Below, piece by piece: positions 28,631 to 37,328 of a stretch of DNA of 64,000 nt (position 1 is its first letter; each line of letters begins with the position of its first letter). The translations under genes and the position numbers were made by a program. This DNA is from an uncultured Actinomycetes bacterium (GTDB taxonomy: Bacteria; Actinomycetota; Thermoleophilia; Gaiellales; JAICJC01). Location of the stretch: contig CAVWSF010000001.1 in the NCBI GenBank assembly GCA_963757605.1, positions 632,349-696,348 on the forward strand, given 5' to 3'. Below the pieces are notes generated by a model. It was not told the DNA's origin. It searched no databases and was given only the letters and a program-made list of their open reading frames with translations.

Positions 28631-30727
28631 GTGCATGGCTTAGTGAGGTCGGGCCTTCTCCTACGGACAGCCGCATTGGCGGCGGTGGCTGTTGCGGCGT
28701 CGGCTGCTCCGGCCGCCCATGCCTCCGCGGGCCGCACCGCCGCGCCGCGCGTCGAGCTGCGCGGGACGGTCAGCCCGCTCGTCGCGAAGGGCCTGGCCCA
28801 CGTGGTCGGGACGCCCAGCGCCGCCGCGCCGGTGACCGCCGTCGTGGCGTTCAAGCCGCGTAACGCGATCCTGCTTCACTGGCTGGCCGAGCACTCGACC
28901 GGACGGCCGGGCATGACGAACGCCCAGATCCACCAGCTCTTCACGCCGCGGCCGGCGACGATCGCCGCGGTGCGCTCGTACGTGAGCTCGTACGGCCTGT
29001 CGGTCGTTGACTCGTCCGACATGTCGCTCGTCGTCTCGGGCACAGCCGCCGCGGCGAACGCGGCCTTCGGCGTGAACCTGCGCCTCTACCAGGACGCGCG
29101 CGGGACGACCTACCGGGCGCCGTCGCAGAACGCGCGGCTGCCGGCGGGGATCGCGTCGGTCGTACGGTCGGTGGACGGGCTCGACTCGTCGCTCAAGGCG
29201 CACCCGCACTACAAGATCGCGAGGCCTGTGCACGCGGCGGCAGCTCAGAAGACCAGGGTCGTGCCGCACGATGTCACGGGGTGCAACGGCGCGAAGCACA
29301 AGCAGACCAACACCGGCGCCGGGTTCCTGCCGGGCGACCTCGCATCCGCCTACAACTATGCCAACCTCATTACGGGCAGCAGCGACGGCACGGGCCAGAC
29401 GATCGGCTTCGTCGAGTTCTCGAACTACAACCGCAACGACCCGGTCTTCTTCAGGCACTGCTTCACGGGCATCGGCGGCCACTTCCCGGCCGACGAGACG
29501 ATCGGCGGCGGCCCCACCGACCACTTCGGCCAGGTCGAGGTGAACCTCGACCTCGAGGTCGCGATGGGCGCGGCGCCCGACGCGACCTGGAAGGTCTACA
29601 AGGCCGCCAACAACCTGGCGCTCCTGCCGACGATGCTCGCCCATATGCGCACCGATCACGTCAGCATCGTGTCCGACAGCTGGGGCCTGTGCGAGCTCTT
29701 CGTACCGATCAAGCTGACGGCGAACGAGAACACGGCACTCGAGATGCTCGCCGTGAGTGGCGCCTCGTTCTACGTGGCTTCCGGCGACGATGGCTCCGCT
29801 GACTGCCGCTCGGCGAACCCCGGCGCCAGGTTCCTGGCAATCGACGATCCGTCCGGCCAGCCCTTCGCGACCGCCGTCGGCGGGACGAACCTGCGCGCCC
29901 CTCCGCACGGCGGTCGCCAGGAGAAGGCATGGAAGGGCTCAGGCGGCGGCGTCTCGATCAACTGGCCCAAGCCGGAATACCAGGGTGGCCCCGCTAACGT
30001 CCCGGACGAGCCGGGCGGGTTCTGCTCCAGCGGCCCGGATCACTGCCGGGTGACGCCCGACATCGCGATGGACGCCGCCCCGCAGACCGGCTACATTATC
30101 CGCAGCCGCGGGCTTGGCGCCGGCTCGACGCCCGTGTGGGACATCGTCGGCGGCACCAGCGGCGCCGCACCGCTCGCCGCCGCGATCACCGCTGATGCCA
30201 ACGAGTCCGCTGGCGGTGGTGCAGCGAATCTGGGCTTCGCCAACCCGTTCCTCTACGGGACCTGGCTCCCGCCGACTTCCACGACATCACCCAGGGCAAC
30301 AACTCGAACGGGACCGGCTCCAACTGGCCGGCCGACCAGTTCTTCGACCTGGTCACCGGCCGCGGATCGCTCAAGGGCAGCAACTTCGCGACCACGCTCG
30401 CCGACCTACGTCGCCACCGCGCCGACGTTCGACCACACCAAGCTGACCGGCACGCATCCGCTGAACCGCAAGCGGGTGAACAAGGGCAAGCTCGTCGACT
30501 TCACCGGCCGGCTTACGAACAAGGACACGCCCGGCCCGATCGCCAACCGCCAAATCATCGTGATCGGGAACGGCAACATCATCGGTGTCGACCGCACCGA
30601 CGCAAACGGCGTGTGGGACATCAAGTTCAAGGTGAAGAGGCGCACGTCGTGGCACGCCGTCTTCATGGGCTCGGACATCGAGCGGCCGTCGTTCTCGCCC
30701 ACGCACCTCGTCCGCATCCTGCATTAG
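28631..30727 (+). CDS. S53 (sedolisin/kumamolisin) serine-carboxyl protease with prodomain and C-terminal beta domain
   Basis: EVNLD, ASGDDG, AVGGT and GGTS; the Ca-site motif lies in an alternative frame at 30260-30403; exact start uncertain. Confidence 0.88.
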   Translation: MHGLVRSGLLLRTAALAAVAVAASAAPAAHASAGRTAAPRVELRGTVSPLVAKGLAHVVGTPSAAAPVTAVVAFKPRNAILLHWLAEHSTGRPGMTNAQIHQLFTPRPATIAAVRSYVSSYGLSVVDSSDMSLVVSGTAAAANAAFGVNLRLYQDARGTTYRAPSQNARLPAGIASVVRSVDGLDSSLKAHPHYKIARPVHAAAAQKTRVVPHDVTGCNGAKHKQTNTGAGFLPGDLASAYNYANLITGSSDGTGQTIGFVEFSNYNRNDPVFFRHCFTGIGGHFPADETIGGGPTDHFGQVEVNLDLEVAMGAAPDATWKVYKAANNLALLPTMLAHMRTDHVSIVSDSWGLCELFVPIKLTANENTALEMLAVSGASFYVASGDDGSADCRSANPGARFLAIDDPSGQPFATAVGGTNLRAPPHGGRQEKAWKGSGGGVSINWPKPEYQGGPANVPDEPGGFCSSGPDHCRVTPDIAMDAAPQTGYIIRSRGLGAGSTPVWDIVGGTSGAAPLAAAITADANESAGGGAANLGFANPFLYGTWLPPTSTTSPRATTRTGPAPTGRPTSSSTWSPAADRSRAATSRPRSPTYVATAPTFDHTKLTGTHPLNRKRVNKGKLVDFTGRLTNKDTPGPIANRQIIVIGNGNIIGVDRTDANGVWDIKFKVKRRTSWHAVFMGSDIERPSFSPTHLVRILH

Positions 30728-30805
30728 CGGGTGGGGCTAGCCCCACGCCCGTTCGCGGGCAGGCACCACGGCGGCGGGCTAGACCGGTTCCTAGGCTGCT
30801 CCGAC

Positions 30806-30988
30806 ATGGATCACGGAGCACTCAACTCGAAGAACGGCATCCCGCGCTGCGCCCGCTGCGGCGGCCCGGTGCATCCGCTGCCGCTCGGCTACTTCCAGCT
30901 GTGCACGGCATGCCGGCAGTTCACACGCCGAGAGGCCGCGGTCGGGATCGTCGCGATCGAGGCCTGGCTCGCCGCCGGGCACCCGTAG
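30806..30988 (+). CDS. Small zinc-ribbon protein
   Basis: CARCG...CTAC; TAGGCT -10-like hexamer 8 nt before the ATG. Confidence 0.55.
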   Translation: MDHGALNSKNGIPRCARCGGPVHPLPLGYFQLCTACRQFTRREAAVGIVAIEAWLAAGHP

Positions 30989-30991
30989 CGG

Positions 30992-32582
30992 CTACTCCCA
31001 CTCGATCGTGCCGGGCGGCTTCGACGAGATGTCGAGCGCGACCCGGTTGACGCCCGGGACCTCGTTGATGATCCGGCTCGAGATGCGCTCGAGCAGGTCG
31101 TAGGGCAGCCGCGCCCAGTCGGCCGTCATCGCGTCCTCCGACGACACGGCCCGGATCACGATCGGGTAGTCGTAGGTGCGCGCGTCGCCCTTGACGCCGA
31201 CCGAGCGGATCGGCCGGCAGCACCGCGAAGGTCTGCCAGATCTCGCCGTAGAGGCCGGCCCGGCGCACCTCCTCGAGCATCACGGCGTCGGCGTCGCGCA
31301 GGATGTCGAGCCGCTCCTGCGTGACCTCGCCGACGATCCGGATCGCAAGGCCGGGGCCCGGGAACGGCTGGCGCCAGACCATCCGCTCGGGCAGGCCCAG
31401 CTCCTCGCCGACGCGGCGGGCCTCGTCCTTGAAGACGAGCCGCAGCGGCTCGACGAGCTCGAGGTCCATGTCCTCGGGGAGGCCGCCGACGTTGTGGTGC
31501 GACTTGATCTTGGCCGCGGTGCGGCTGCCCGACTCGATCACGTCGGAGTAGAGCGTGCCCTGGACCAGGAACTTGACGTCGCCGAGCGCGCGCGCCTCGT
31601 GCTCGAAGATGCGGATGAACTTCTCGCCGATGATGCGCCGCTTCTGCTCGGGGTCGGTCACGCCGGCCAGCGCGTCGAGGAAGCGCTCGGCGGCGTCGAC
31701 GTGCACGAGCGGCACGTGGAAGTGGTTCCCGAACGTCTCGACGACCTGCTCGGCCTCGGACTTCCGCAGGAGGCCGTGGTCGACGAAGACGCAGGTCAGC
31801 TGGTCGCCGATGGCGCGGTGGACGAGGAGCGCGGCGACCGCGGAGTCGACGCCGCCGGAGAGGGCGCAGATGACCTGCTCGTCGCCCACCTGCTCGCGGA
31901 TCAGCTCGACCTGCTCCTCGATGAACTGGAGCGCCGTCCACGTGGGCGGCGCCTGGCAGGCGTCGAGCAGGAAGTTGCCGAGGATGTCGGTGCCGCGCGG
32001 CGTGTGGGCCACCTCGGGGTGGAACTGGACGCCGAAGAGGCCGCGGTCGCGATCCTCCATGCCGGCCACCAGGCGTGGTGTCGACGAGGCCGTGACGCTG
32101 AACCCGGCCGGCGCGCGGACGACGCTGTCGCGGTGGCTCATCCAGGCCGTCTGCTCGGGCGGCAGGTCGCCGAAGAGCAGGCTCCCCTCCCCCAGCATGA
32201 CCGGCGTCTTGCCGAACTCGCCGATGCCGGTGTTCGAGACCTCGCCGCCGAGGGCGGCCGCCATGGCCTGCATCCCGTAGCAGATGCCGAGCACCGGGAC
32301 GCCGAGCTCGAAGATGCCCGGGTCGACCGCCGGCGCGCCCGGCTCGTAGATCGACGCCGGCCCGCCCGAGAGGATGATGCCGATCGGGTCGCGGGCGGCC
32401 AGCTCGGCCGCGGGCGCGTCGTGCGGCACGATCTCGGAGTAGACCCGGCACTCGCGCACGCGCCGGGCGATCAGCTGGGCGTACTGGGCCCCGAAGTCGA
32501 CGACCAGCACCGGCCTGTGCCCCGCGCCCGCCTCGTCGGCGACCATCGCGCCGTCGTGGCCGGGACGCGGGTGGGAGCTCAC
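30992..32582 (-). CDS. guaA: GMP synthase (glutamine-hydrolysing), one +1 indel near 31212
   Basis: [31 protein letters not shown]; the shifted frame gives [13 protein letters not shown]...KPPGTIEWE*; start may be 32546. Confidence 0.96.
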
Positions 32583-33739
32583 CGGCTCATCCCGATCGCC
32601 TGCTCTCGCTGGAGCTTCTTGCCCTCGGTCTGGAGGGCCGGCGCGAACATGATCTCGGCCTTCTGGAAGGCGTGGATGGAGTCGTAGCCGGTGGTCGCCA
32701 TCGACGTGCGGAGCGCCCCCATCAGGTTGAGGGTGCCGTCGTTCTCGGTGGCCGGGCCGGTGACGATCTGCTCGAGCGTCGCCACCTGGTCGGTCTTGAC
32801 CCGGGCGCCGCGCGGGAGGCTGGGATGGAACGTCGCCATGCCCCAGTGGTAGCCGTGGCCGGGCGCCTCCTTGGCGCGCGCGAGCGGCGAGCCGACCATC
32901 ACGGCGTCGGCGCCGCAGGCGATCGCCTTGGAGATGTCGCCGCCGGTGCGCATGCCGCCGTCGGCGATCACGTTCACGTACTGGCCGGTCTCGAGCAGGT
33001 GCTGGGTGCGGGCCGCCGACGCGTCGGCGATCGCCGTCGCCTGGGGCACGCCGACGCCGAGCACGCCCCGGGTGGTGCAGGCCGCGCCCGGCCCGACGCC
33101 GACCAGGACGCCGGCGGCGCCGGTGCGCATCAGGTGGAGGGCGGCCTGGTAGGAGGCGCAGCCGCCGACGATGACCGGCACCGGGAGCTCGGCGCAGAAC
33201 TCCTTCAGGTTGAGCGGCTCGACGACCGTCGAGACGTGCTCGGCCGAGACGACGGTGCCCTGGATCACGAGCACGTCGAGGCCCGCGTCGAGCGCCGCCT
33301 GGTAGTGCTCGCGCACCCGCTGGGGCGTGAGCGACGCCGCCGCCAGGACGCCCTCGGCCTTGATCTCCTTGACCCGCTGGGCGATCAGCTCGGGCTTGAC
33401 CGGCTCGGCGTAGATCTCCTGCATCGCGTGGGTCGCCTCGCCCTTGTCGTACGACGCGATCCGCACGAGCTCCGCGTCGGCGTCCTCGTAGCGCGTCCAG
33501 ATGCCCTCGAGGTTCAGGACGCCCAGTCCGCCGAGGCGGCCGAGGATGACGGCCGTCTCGGGCGAGACCACCCCGTCCATCGCCGACGCAAGCAGCGGCA
33601 GCTCCATGAGGTGCGGCCCCAGCCGCCAGGCGATGTCGACGTCCTCCGCATCGCGCGTCCGCCTGCTGGGGACGATCGCGATGTCGTCAAATCCGTATGC
33701 GCGTCGCGCCTTCTTGCCCCGCCCGATCTCGATCTCCAC
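32579..33739 (-). CDS. guaB3: IMP dehydrogenase-related protein, GuaB3 type (no CBS domains)
   Basis: [38 protein letters not shown] and WGMA. Confidence 0.9.
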   Translation of the reverse strand: MEIEIGRGKKARRAYGFDDIAIVPSRRTRDAEDVDIAWRLGPHLMELPLLASAMDGVVSPETAVILGRLGGLGVLNLEGIWTRYEDADAELVRIASYDKGEATHAMQEIYAEPVKPELIAQRVKEIKAEGVLAAASLTPQRVREHYQAALDAGLDVLVIQGTVVSAEHVSTVVEPLNLKEFCAELPVPVIVGGCASYQAALHLMRTGAAGVLVGVGPGAACTTRGVLGVGVPQATAIADASAARTQHLLETGQYVNVIADGGMRTGGDISKAIACGADAVMVGSPLARAKEAPGHGYHWGMATFHPSLPRGARVKTDQVATLEQIVTGPATENDGTLNLMGALRTSMATTGYDSIHAFQKAEIMFAPALQTEGKKLQREQAIGMSR

Positions 33740-33848
33740 CGCTCACTGCCTCCTGGATAGCACACGACCCAGGTGGCGAGAGGCCGGCCTGGGTCGTGAG
33801 AATGCACGCTTGGAACTGCGACGAACTTTCAAGGTTCGCGCCAGTCTA
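33740..33848 (-). promoter_or_regulatory. guaB3-guaA promoter and structured 5' leader
   Basis: TAGACT -10 (33843-33848); CGAAC/GTTCG stem; 11-bp stem 33763-33773/33788-33798 just before the GGAGG RBS. Confidence 0.45.
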
Positions 33849-33856
33849 GCAGCGGG

Positions 33857-34822
33857 TCAGGACGCCTTCGCACGGCGCGGCGCGATCTCCTGAACCTCCA
33901 CCCCGGCGGCGAACCGGGCCACGTCGCGCGGGTCGAAGACGCCGGCTCCGACCTCCTTCGTGTTGGCCGCCGCGCACCCGAGCGCGAGCTTGAGAACGTC
34001 CTCGTTTTCGCGCTCTGCCTCGAGCCCGCTCAGGAAGCCGGCCAGGAGCGCATCGGCCGACCCGACCGTCGCCACCGACTCGACCTGCGGGATCCAGGCC
34101 CGGTAGAGGCGGTCGCGGCTGCGGCTCGAGCGCAGGAGCGCGTAGCAGCCGGTCTTGAGCGTGATGACGACGTTCGCGGCGCCCATCCCGGCGATCTGCG
34201 TGAGGCCGAGCTGGAAGTCCTCGTCGGTCTGGAACTCGTGGCCGACCAGGGCCTCGGCCTCCCGCTGGCTCGGCGAGACCAGGGTCGGCCCCATCGCGAG
34301 CGCCTTTCGCAGCGGCTCGCCGTCGCAGTCGACCACGGTGCGCACCTTGCGCTTTCCCATGTCGCGCACGACGTCGGCGTAGAACGAGGTCGGCACCTTG
34401 CGCGGCAGGCTCCCGCCGAGGACCACCGTGGTGATCGCGCCGGACAGGTAGCGCAGCTTCTCGACGAGGAGCGAGAGCTCGTCCTCGACGATCTCGGGGC
34501 CGTACTCGTAGATCTCGGTCTGGACGCTCGAGGTCGGGTCGACCACGACGGTCGACGTGCGCGACTCGCCGCGGATGCGGACGAAGTCGTTCAGGATGCC
34601 CTCGGCGGTCATCTCGTCGAGGATGCGGGCGCCGTTGTGGCCGCCGACGAGCCCGGTCGCGATCACGGGCTCGCCCAGGCGCTTCAGCGCCCGCGCGACG
34701 TTCACTCCCTTACCTCCCGCCATCACCAGCCCCTGCTGGGCGCGGTGGCGATGGCCCAGCTGCAGGTTGGCGACGGTGAGGGTCTTGTCGACCGCCGCAT
34801 TGACGGTCACGGTGAGGATCAT
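33857..34822 (-). CDS. 1-phosphofructokinase family (PfkB) hexose kinase
   Basis: MILTVTVNAAVD, AGGKGVNVAR, GGSLP and TVGSADA. Confidence 0.9.
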   Translation of the reverse strand: MILTVTVNAAVDKTLTVANLQLGHRHRAQQGLVMAGGKGVNVARALKRLGEPVIATGLVGGHNGARILDEMTAEGILNDFVRIRGESRTSTVVVDPTSSVQTEIYEYGPEIVEDELSLLVEKLRYLSGAITTVVLGGSLPRKVPTSFYADVVRDMGKRKVRTVVDCDGEPLRKALAMGPTLVSPSQREAEALVGHEFQTDEDFQLGLTQIAGMGAANVVITLKTGCYALLRSSRSRDRLYRAWIPQVESVATVGSADALLAGFLSGLEAERENEDVLKLALGCAAANTKEVGAGVFDPRDVARFAAGVEVQEIAPRRAKAS

Positions 34823-34911
34823 CGAGGTGCCCCCCTCATCGGCGGCAGGCATTGTATACGCGAGGCAGAGTGCCGCTTTCCCGGGGAGTTTCTTGCCCGT
34901 ACATTGGAGGG

Positions 34912-35229
34912 GTGTTCGGGTCTAGGAGCCGCGCCGCGGTCACGACCGCCGTGGTGCTCGAGGTGGGGATCGCCGGCTGGGCGCTCGGCTACGGCCCGCT
35001 GTGGCTGCTCGTCATGACGGTCGCGGTGACGATCGCCGACACCGTCTGGGGCGTCTTCCTGCGCCGGGTGCCGGCTGACATCGCCGGCCTCGAGGTCGCG
35101 CTGGCCCTGGCCGTCATGGTCGTGTTCGGCGCCGGCACGTTCCCGGAGGCGGTCACCGCCGCCGCCTGCTTCGCGTGGCTCATCCGCGACGGGCGCACGG
35201 GAACCACTCGGCGCTCGCAGCCGTCCTAG
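34912..35229 (+). CDS. Small membrane protein
   Basis: GGAGG then GTG; 3-4 hydrophobic segments. Confidence 0.6.
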   Translation: MFGSRSRAAVTTAVVLEVGIAGWALGYGPLWLLVMTVAVTIADTVWGVFLRRVPADIAGLEVALALAVMVVFGAGTFPEAVTAAACFAWLIRDGRTGTTRRSQPS

Positions 35230-35234
35230 CGAGC

Positions 35235-35651
35235 ATGGAACGCCTGATACCGGCCGCGAGCATCGCGTGCCTGGCCATGCTCGCCGGCGGCTGTCTCGGC
35301 GGTCCGTCGGCATCGCCGGCGACGGGCGGCGGGTCGACGCTCACTCACGACTCCTCCGAGGGGACGATCCAGGGTCGGGTCTGGACGACAGCATGCGGCG
35401 TAACGGCCTGTCATCCGACGCCCTATCGCGGCTCGTTGGTGTTCTGCCGGACGATGAACCAGATCGGTCTGTGCCCGTCGGCCCGTGTCGACGCCGACGG
35501 CCGCTACCGCATCGCGTTGCCGGGCGGCCGTTACGCCCTCCTCCCCGCCCCGGGTGCCGGCAACGAGGTCGAGGTCACGCCGCGCTGGGTCTCGGTCGGC
35601 TCGGGCCGGACGACCACGCTCGACATCGACGGCGGCAGCCTGACCGACTGA
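35235..35651 (+). CDS. Lipoprotein with a carboxypeptidase-regulatory-like beta sandwich
   Basis: Lipobox LAGGC; GTIQGRV...DADGRYRIALPGGRY. Confidence 0.65.
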   Translation: MERLIPAASIACLAMLAGGCLGGPSASPATGGGSTLTHDSSEGTIQGRVWTTACGVTACHPTPYRGSLVFCRTMNQIGLCPSARVDADGRYRIALPGGRYALLPAPGAGNEVEVTPRWVSVGSGRTTTLDIDGGSLTD

Positions 35652-35667
35652 TCGCCTCCCGCCGGGT

Positions 35668-36453
35668 CTAGCAGGCCAGCTCCATCACGGCCTCGTGCAT
35701 CGCGCCGCCGCACGTCGTGAGGCAGGAGCCGTCGTGGACGAGCGGCGAGCCGTCGAGCTGCGTCATCGTCCCGCCGGCCTCGCGCACGATCGGCTCGAGG
35801 GGCAGGTAGTCCCAGGCGGCGACGATCGGGTCGACCATCACTTGGGCGGCGCCGCGGGCGACCAGCATGTGGCCCCAGAAGTCGCCCAGGCTGCGCTCGC
35901 GCCAGCAGGCCTCCGCCAGCCGCCGGTAGAGCTCGAAGCGGCCGCGGCGGGTCATGCTGCGAAGGCCCGACGAGGTGACGACAGCCTCGTCGATCGGCGT
36001 CTCGCGCACCGCGATCGGCTCGCCGTTCATGCGGGCGCCCATCCCGTCGGCGCCCTCGTAGGTCTCCCCCAGCGCCGGCACGTGGCACACGCCGAGCACG
36101 GCCCGGCCGTCGACCTGGAGGCCGACGAGGGTCGCCCAGAGCGGGATGCCGACCATGTAGCTGTGGGTCGAGTCGATCGGGTCGATCACCCAGGTGCGGG
36201 CGCCGGGGCGAGCCGGGCCGCCGGTGGTCGCGGTGTGGCCGCCCTCCTCGCCGAGCACGTCGTCGTCGGGCCGGGCCTCGGCCAGGCGTGCGCGGATTGC
36301 GGCCTCGGAGGCGAGGTCGGCCTCGGTCACCCAGCTCCCGTCGCGCTTCTGGGTGGGCGGCGGGATGCGGCGGAAGCGCTGGAGCGCCTCGGCGCCGCCC
36401 AGCGCGGCCAGCTCGTCTGCGAGGGCGAGGTCGGCCGCCCAGTCGCCGGTCAC
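35668..36453 (-). CDS. Inositol monophosphatase family, histidinol-phosphatase (HisN)-like
   Basis: VTEAD, GEE, WVIDPIDST, GDFWGHMLVARG and WD; GTGA overlap with pyrF. Confidence 0.85.
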   Translation of the reverse strand: MTGDWAADLALADELAALGGAEALQRFRRIPPPTQKRDGSWVTEADLASEAAIRARLAEARPDDDVLGEEGGHTATTGGPARPGARTWVIDPIDSTHSYMVGIPLWATLVGLQVDGRAVLGVCHVPALGETYEGADGMGARMNGEPIAVRETPIDEAVVTSSGLRSMTRRGRFELYRRLAEACWRERSLGDFWGHMLVARGAAQVMVDPIVAAWDYLPLEPIVREAGGTMTQLDGSPLVHDGSCLTTCGGAMHEAVMELAC

Positions 36454-37328
36454 ACCGTGACCGCGGCGCGGCGGAGCTCGGCCGCGGCGGTGCGGACGCC
36501 CTGCTGCCAGTCGCCTCCGCGCTCGCGCCAGGCGTAGATCACCGAGCGGGCGGCCACGACGAGGCCGCCGGCGGGGTGGTCGCGGAAGGCGGCGTGCAGG
36601 TCGGCGGCCGCGCCGCCCTGGGCGCCGACGCCGGGCAGGAGCAGCGGCTGGTGCGGCATCAGGTCGCGGGCCCGGGCCACGGCCTCGGGCCAGGTGGCGC
36701 CGACCACCGCGCCCACCGCCGAGAGGCCGGACTCGCCGACGAACGGCTCGCCCCAGCCGGCGATCAGCTCGGCGGTGCGCTCCCAGACGGGCCGGCCGTC
36801 GGCCAGCATCGCCTCCTGGAGCTCGGTCGAGCCCGGGTTCGACGTGCGAGCCAGGACGAAGACCCCGGCGCCGTCGTGGCATGCGGCCAGGAACGGCTCG
36901 AGCGAGTCGCCGCCCAGGTACGGGTTCACCGTCACCGCGTCGGCGATCGGTGGGCCGCCCTCGCGGCGATAGACCCAGGCCTGGGCGTAGGCCTCGGCGG
37001 TCGAGCCGATGTCGCCCCGTTTGGCATCGGCGATCACGAGCAGTTCGGCGGCGCGGGCGTGGGCGCACACCCGCTCGAGGGCGGTCATACCCGGCCCGCC
37101 CAGCGCCTCGAAGAAGGCGACCTGCGGCTTCACCGCCGCGACGTTCTCGGCCACTGCGTCGATCACGCCCGTGCAGAAGCGCTCGTAGGCCCGCGCCCGC
37201 CCGGCCGGGCCGGCATGAAGGCCTGTGATGAGGGCCGGCGGCAGGAGCTCGATCCGCGGGTCGAGGCCGACGCAGATCGTGCTGCCGGTCCGCTCGACCT
37301 GGGCCGCGAGGCGGTCGCCGAAGTTCAC
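36450..37328 (-). CDS. pyrF: Orotidine-5'-phosphate decarboxylase
   Basis: CVGLDP, KPQVAFFE, DAKRGDIGST, RTSNPG and LPGVGAQG. Confidence 0.95.
   Translation of the reverse strand: MNFGDRLAAQVERTGSTICVGLDPRIELLPPALITGLHAGPAGRARAYERFCTGVIDAVAENVAAVKPQVAFFEALGGPGMTALERVCAHARAAELLVIADAKRGDIGSTAEAYAQAWVYRREGGPPIADAVTVNPYLGGDSLEPFLAACHDGAGVFVLARTSNPGSTELQEAMLADGRPVWERTAELIAGWGEPFVGESGLSAVGAVVGATWPEAVARARDLMPHQPLLLPGVGAQGGAAADLHAAFRDHPAGGLVVAARSVIYAWRERGGDWQQGVRTAAAELRRAAVTV

Noticed and set aside
30731..30746. GTGGGGCTAGCCCCAC as another REP copy
   Set aside because: It is a perfect palindrome after the S53 stop but lacks the AAAATT/TTTT flanks and the CTG core; more simply a terminator-like hairpin.
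30992..32582. guaA as a true pseudogene or programmed frameshift
   Set aside because: No slippery heptamer, both halves are fully conserved, and similar indels occur across the window, so sequencing error is more likely.
33822..33838. Second SOS box upstream of guaB3
   Set aside because: CGAAC and GTTCG are separated by 7 nt, not 4.
33760..33848. ZTP (pfl) riboswitch suggested by GACTGGCG and GCC..CTGGG
   Set aside because: GACTGGCG overlaps the likely -10 box and the P1/P2 architecture is not evident.
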